A stretch of DNA of 64,000 bases from the NCBI GenBank assembly GCA_015680685.1, contig MNCI01002242.1, forward strand, positions 526,792 to 590,791, read 5' to 3'. The DNA comes from Gnetum montanum. Taxonomy: Eukaryota; Plantae; Gnetophyta. The notes below the pieces were generated by a model that searched no databases, was not told where the DNA came from, and saw only the letters and a program-made list of their open reading frames with translations. The position numbers and the translations under genes are program-made. Shown piece by piece: positions 59,830-64,000 of this stretch (the first letter of the stretch is position 1; every line of letters begins with the position of its first letter).

Positions 59830-62784
59830 TTCATGACATATAGGAATGGGATGTCACACATATGATAAGTGATAGATCAAGATTTACATCCCTATCAATC
59901 TATGATGATGGAAGTGTCACTTTTGGGAATAACAATAAAGCCTATGTTCAGGCAACATGTACATTTAAAGATAAAAAATATCCTAAAATTGAAAATGTTC
60001 TTTATGTTGTAGGTTTAGAGCATAGTTTATTAAGTGGAAGTCAACTTTGTGATGATGAAAATGTGTATTATTCCAAGTTGATTACTAAACAGATGAAGTG
60101 ATTCTCATGGGTCATAGGTCAGGTAATGTTTATATTATTGATAATTGTGATTTTAGTAACTAGAATTGGAAGTGCTTGATTAGCAAATCAAAGGAAAACT
60201 AGTTATGGCATAGAAGGTTAGGCCACTTAAACTTTGAAAGCTTTAGCAACTTTTCTAAGAATCAAATCATGGAAGGATTGCCCAACATTCAATCTAAGAA
60301 GGATAGGATATGTGAGACATGCCGAAAAGTTAAGTAAAAGACCATATTCTTCAAGAGAAAAATTAATATTATCATAAAGCATCTTCTTGAGGTGTTTCAT
60401 CTTGATTTGGTTGGATCTACTAGGACATGTAGTATAGGTGGTAGAAGGTTTTTTTCCTTTTTTTTTTCTTTTTTTTTTTTGTTATTATTGATGATTACTC
60501 AAGGTTGACTTGGGTAATCCTACTAACCCGCAAGGATGAAGCCTTTCATCACTTAAAGAAGCTTTGTTGCAAGGTTCAAAGAGAAAAGGGCTACTTAATC
60601 AAGAAGATCAAAGGTGATCATGAAGGTGAATTTAACAATCTCACCTTTGCTAAGTATTATGATAATGAGAGAATTGAACATCAATTTTCAGCCCCTAGAA
60701 CACCTCAACAAAATGGAGTGATTGAATGCAACAATTGAGTCTTGCAAGAAATTTCAAGAACCTTACTCCATGAATAAACATTGCTTAAATTCTTATGGGG
60801 GGAAGCTATCAACATTGCCTATTATGTTTCAAATTGAATTCTCATTAGGCCCAAGATAACAAAGACACCATTTGAGTTGTATTACAATAAGAAACCCAAG
60901 GTGATTTTCTTTAATTTTTTTGAATTCAAATGGTGTATTTTTAAAAGCAAAGAAAAATTAAGTAAATTTGATAATAAGGTTGATGAAGACATTTTTGTTG
61001 ACTATTTATCCACAAGAAAGGCTTATAGAGTTAACAACAAATGCATGCTAATGATTAAGGAAGTGGTTAATGTTGTTTTTGATGAGACAAATCCTAGTTT
61101 GATAAGATAAATCCAAGAAGATGAAGATGATGAGATGTTATCACAACTCCATCATAGATTTGGGAACATTTCAAAAGAGAAGAATCATAAGTTTCCTCAA
61201 CATCTAAGAGTCCATCAACTCATTGGAGATATGCAAAAATCCATCTCCTAAGTCAAATCATTGGAGATTGCCATGATGGGATAAGGACTAGAAAGAGTCT
61301 CCAAGAGTTATGCAAGACTGCTTGTTTACTTTCTCAAATTAAGCCAAACCACATTGAGGAAGCTCTAGTTGATGAGTCATGGATTCAAGCCATGAATGAG
61401 GAGCTTAATCAATTTGTAAGAAATGATGTTTGAAAACTTGTCCCTAGACCTAATGTACATATAGTTATTGGGACAAAATGGATTTTTAGAAATAAGCTAA
61501 ATAAATATGATATTTTCACAAGAAACAAGACAAGATGAAGGCAAAAGGATATAATCAACAAGAAGAAATTGACTATATGGAAACCTTTGTACTAGTTGCA
61601 GATTTGGAATCAATTAGAATCTTACTTGCCTTTGTTACCCACAACAACAAGATGTTTTTTCAGAAGGATGCTGAAAGTAACTTTTTTAATGGCATCATTC
61701 AAGAAGTGTACATTAAGCAACCCCTAGGTTTTAAAGATCCACACAAGAAAGACCATGTCTACAAGCTCAAAAATGCCTTCTATGGGATTAAGCAAGGCCC
61801 TAGGGCTTGGTATGAAAGATTGCCCCAATATTTGATTCAAAATGGTTTTGTAAGAGGTTCCTCTAACCCTACCCTTTTCATTTTAAAGAAAGAAAATAAT
61901 ATTTTGATTGTTTAAAGTTATATAGATGATATTGTATTTGGTGCTACAAATCCTTTGCTTTGAAGAAATTTGAACACATGATGTAAGTTGAGCTTGAAAT
62001 GAACCTCATGGATGAACTAGTATTTTTTCTTGGGACTTCAAATTGTTCAAAACAATAATGGGATATTCATTTTGAAATCTAAATATGTCAAAGAAGTCCT
62101 CAAGAAATATGGCATGAAAAATACCAAGAAGACCATTATTCCCATGAGTCCTCAAACTAAAATATGTAAAAATGAACCAGGTAAGAATTTTGATGAGAAA
62201 CTTTATAGAGGAATTATTGGTATCTTGTTATATCTTATTGGTAAGAAAATTTTAAGATATTTGAAAGGTACTACACAACATGGTCTTTGGTATCCTAGGC
62301 ACACATGCTTTGATAGTGTTGGCTATTCAAATGCAGATTGGGCTAGAGTAATTGATGATAGAAAGAGTACAACTAGAAATTGCTTTTGTATAGGTCAATA
62401 CCTTATGTCATAGATGACAAAAAAGAAAATTGAACTTCTCTTTTAACTATTGAAGCTAAGTAAACTATAGTTGGAAATTGTTATGCTCAACTAATGTGAA
62501 TGAATCAAATGCTTAAGGATTATGGTCAAGAGAAAGACAAGGTTTTGATGTTTTGTGATAATATGAGTGCAATTAACATTGCAAAGAATCGAGTGCAACA
62601 TTCCAAGACAAAGCACATAGAAATAAGGTACCAGTTTATATGTGAGCAAGTGCAAGAAGGAAAGATTGGAATTGAGTACATCAAGTTAGATAATCAACTA
62701 GTAGGCATAATAGCCAAACCCCTTCCATTCGATATATTTGAAGAGATCAAAAAAGGATTGGGGATTGGACCTTATCCCAATTGA
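59830..62784 (+). pseudogene. pol: Ty1/copia (SIRE-like) pol remnant, element F (PR-INT-RT-RH)
   Basis: HMISDRSRF; WHRRLGHLNF..CETC; APRTPQQNGVIE; WIQAMNEELNQFVRNDV; IGTKWIFRNKL; KGYNQQEEIDY.ETF; YIDDIVFG; CDNMSAINIAKNRVQHSKTKHIEIRY. Confidence 0.93.
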
Positions 62785-63282
62785 AAGATAGTCTATGACC
62801 CTCAACTCTCTTAGCGATGTATCAACTGAGAGTTATGTGGCTTTTTTTGTGCAGATTGTGTTTTTATTTATGTTAATTAGACAATATTGATTGTGTAAAT
62901 GTTACTTAGCCATGTTTGAGCCTAATCCTCCATTAAAACTCGACTAAACTTTCACCTTGTGCATTAATTTTTTGTTGGTTCGGCTAGACAATCAAGTCGC
63001 CCCCTACCTCAATAAGCATTCCATCAAAGTTGGCAATTCTACATAGTGAGGGCACTTTGTATGAGCTAAGACTAATTGTTGACAGTCTTGGTAGGGGTGA
63101 CCCTTGGTCACAAGTAAGTCTATGCATGGTGCTTATCTAGGCATAAAATTGGGGCAAAATGCTCAAACCCTCATTTCACTCCATTCCCTCTCCAATTCAA
63201 CATTGCCTCAAACCCTTCTCTACCAAAAGATCCACATTTTTCAAGCCCCCATTTTCATCTCCAAACCTTGGATTGAGATCTC

Positions 63283-64000
63283 ATGGCCTCAAGAAAAGAA
63301 GTTAGAAGCAAGAAGAGAAGATGCACCAAGATCAAGCTCTTCAAGAAGCTAAAGGAGAGGACCCTAAATTAAAGATGATAGCTCAAAAAACAGTTTCAAA
63401 GAGACATGTAGCAAATTTGAGAAAAGAACATGTGCAATACAAAGGTGTGTATTGTTCAATCAATTGGTTAATTTCATAGATCTTGATGGGTATCTCGAGA
63501 GGTTTTGATGAAATAGATTGCTTTGTATAAAGGGTGTTCCATACCCTAGGTTCAGATTTCTATTTTAATCTAAAAGTGGATAGCCTTCATTCAATAAGCT
63601 TTGTTACTAAATTTTTGGAAAAAGAGATTGTGGTTAATTCTAGTCTCATTTCTAAAATTATTGGGATTCCAAAGTTTGGAAAATTTATGTTCATCAAGAC
63701 ACTTTCTTAGTTAGAGAAGTATGAATCTAGGAAGAAAAATACAAAAACCATTTGTTACCAAGGTTACAAATGAGAGTTAAACAAACTCAAAGCCTTAGCT
63801 TGTTAATAATATTTTGAACATCAATTTACTTCCTAGAATAGGACATTATGATAAAGTGTATTTATGGCATTATGATAAAGTGTATGTATGGCTTATCTTC
63901 CTTTTTTGAAACCTCAAAAGAAATTAAATGCTTTTGATCTCATAGTTTGTTGATTCAATATGCAAAAAAGCATTTCATCAATATGTCTTCTCTTTGCCAT
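63283..64000 (+). pseudogene. Element F accessory (SIRE env-like) ORF remnant, runs off the window
   Basis: Basic start MASRKEVRSKKRR; ..GVPYPR..; FVTKFLEKEIVVNSSLISKIIGIP; ILNINLLPRIGHYD. Lies downstream of pol, as in Sireviruses. Confidence 0.55.

Overview
Plant-type heterochromatic transposon nest (AT-rich, CpG-depleted, two N-gaps) with no intact cellular gene. Positions 1-13.6 kb hold two Pif1-helicase remnants and a decayed, apparently intron-containing Helitron2/Helentron-type RepHel gene (4975-9225, minus). That gene sits between two oppositely oriented arrays of a 0.77-0.98 kb tandem repeat. Positions 14.5-52.7 kb form a nested stack that can largely be reconstructed from target-site duplications (TSDs). 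An L1-type LINE is split by gag-protease-only LTR element A (15476-50708), which is split by Athila-like element B (17626-48739). B contains a solo LTR (26167-26888) and a 17-kb block in its gag. The block comprises a CpG-rich host-like segment with an intronless casein kinase 1 fragment and an LTR (D), which is itself split by the youngest, full-length Athila-like element C (31671-44841). Positions 52.7-64 kb hold a second D-family LTR, a truncated chromovirus-like Ty3/gypsy whose LTR contains a tRNA-like module, and a SIRE-like Ty1/copia. The best candidates for novelty are the array-flanked RepHel locus, the ~900-codon accessory ORF of B and C with an apparent internal promoter reusing the LTR palindrome, and the captured host segment. 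Everything was read by eye; no searches or alignments were run, so pseudogene boundaries are approximate.
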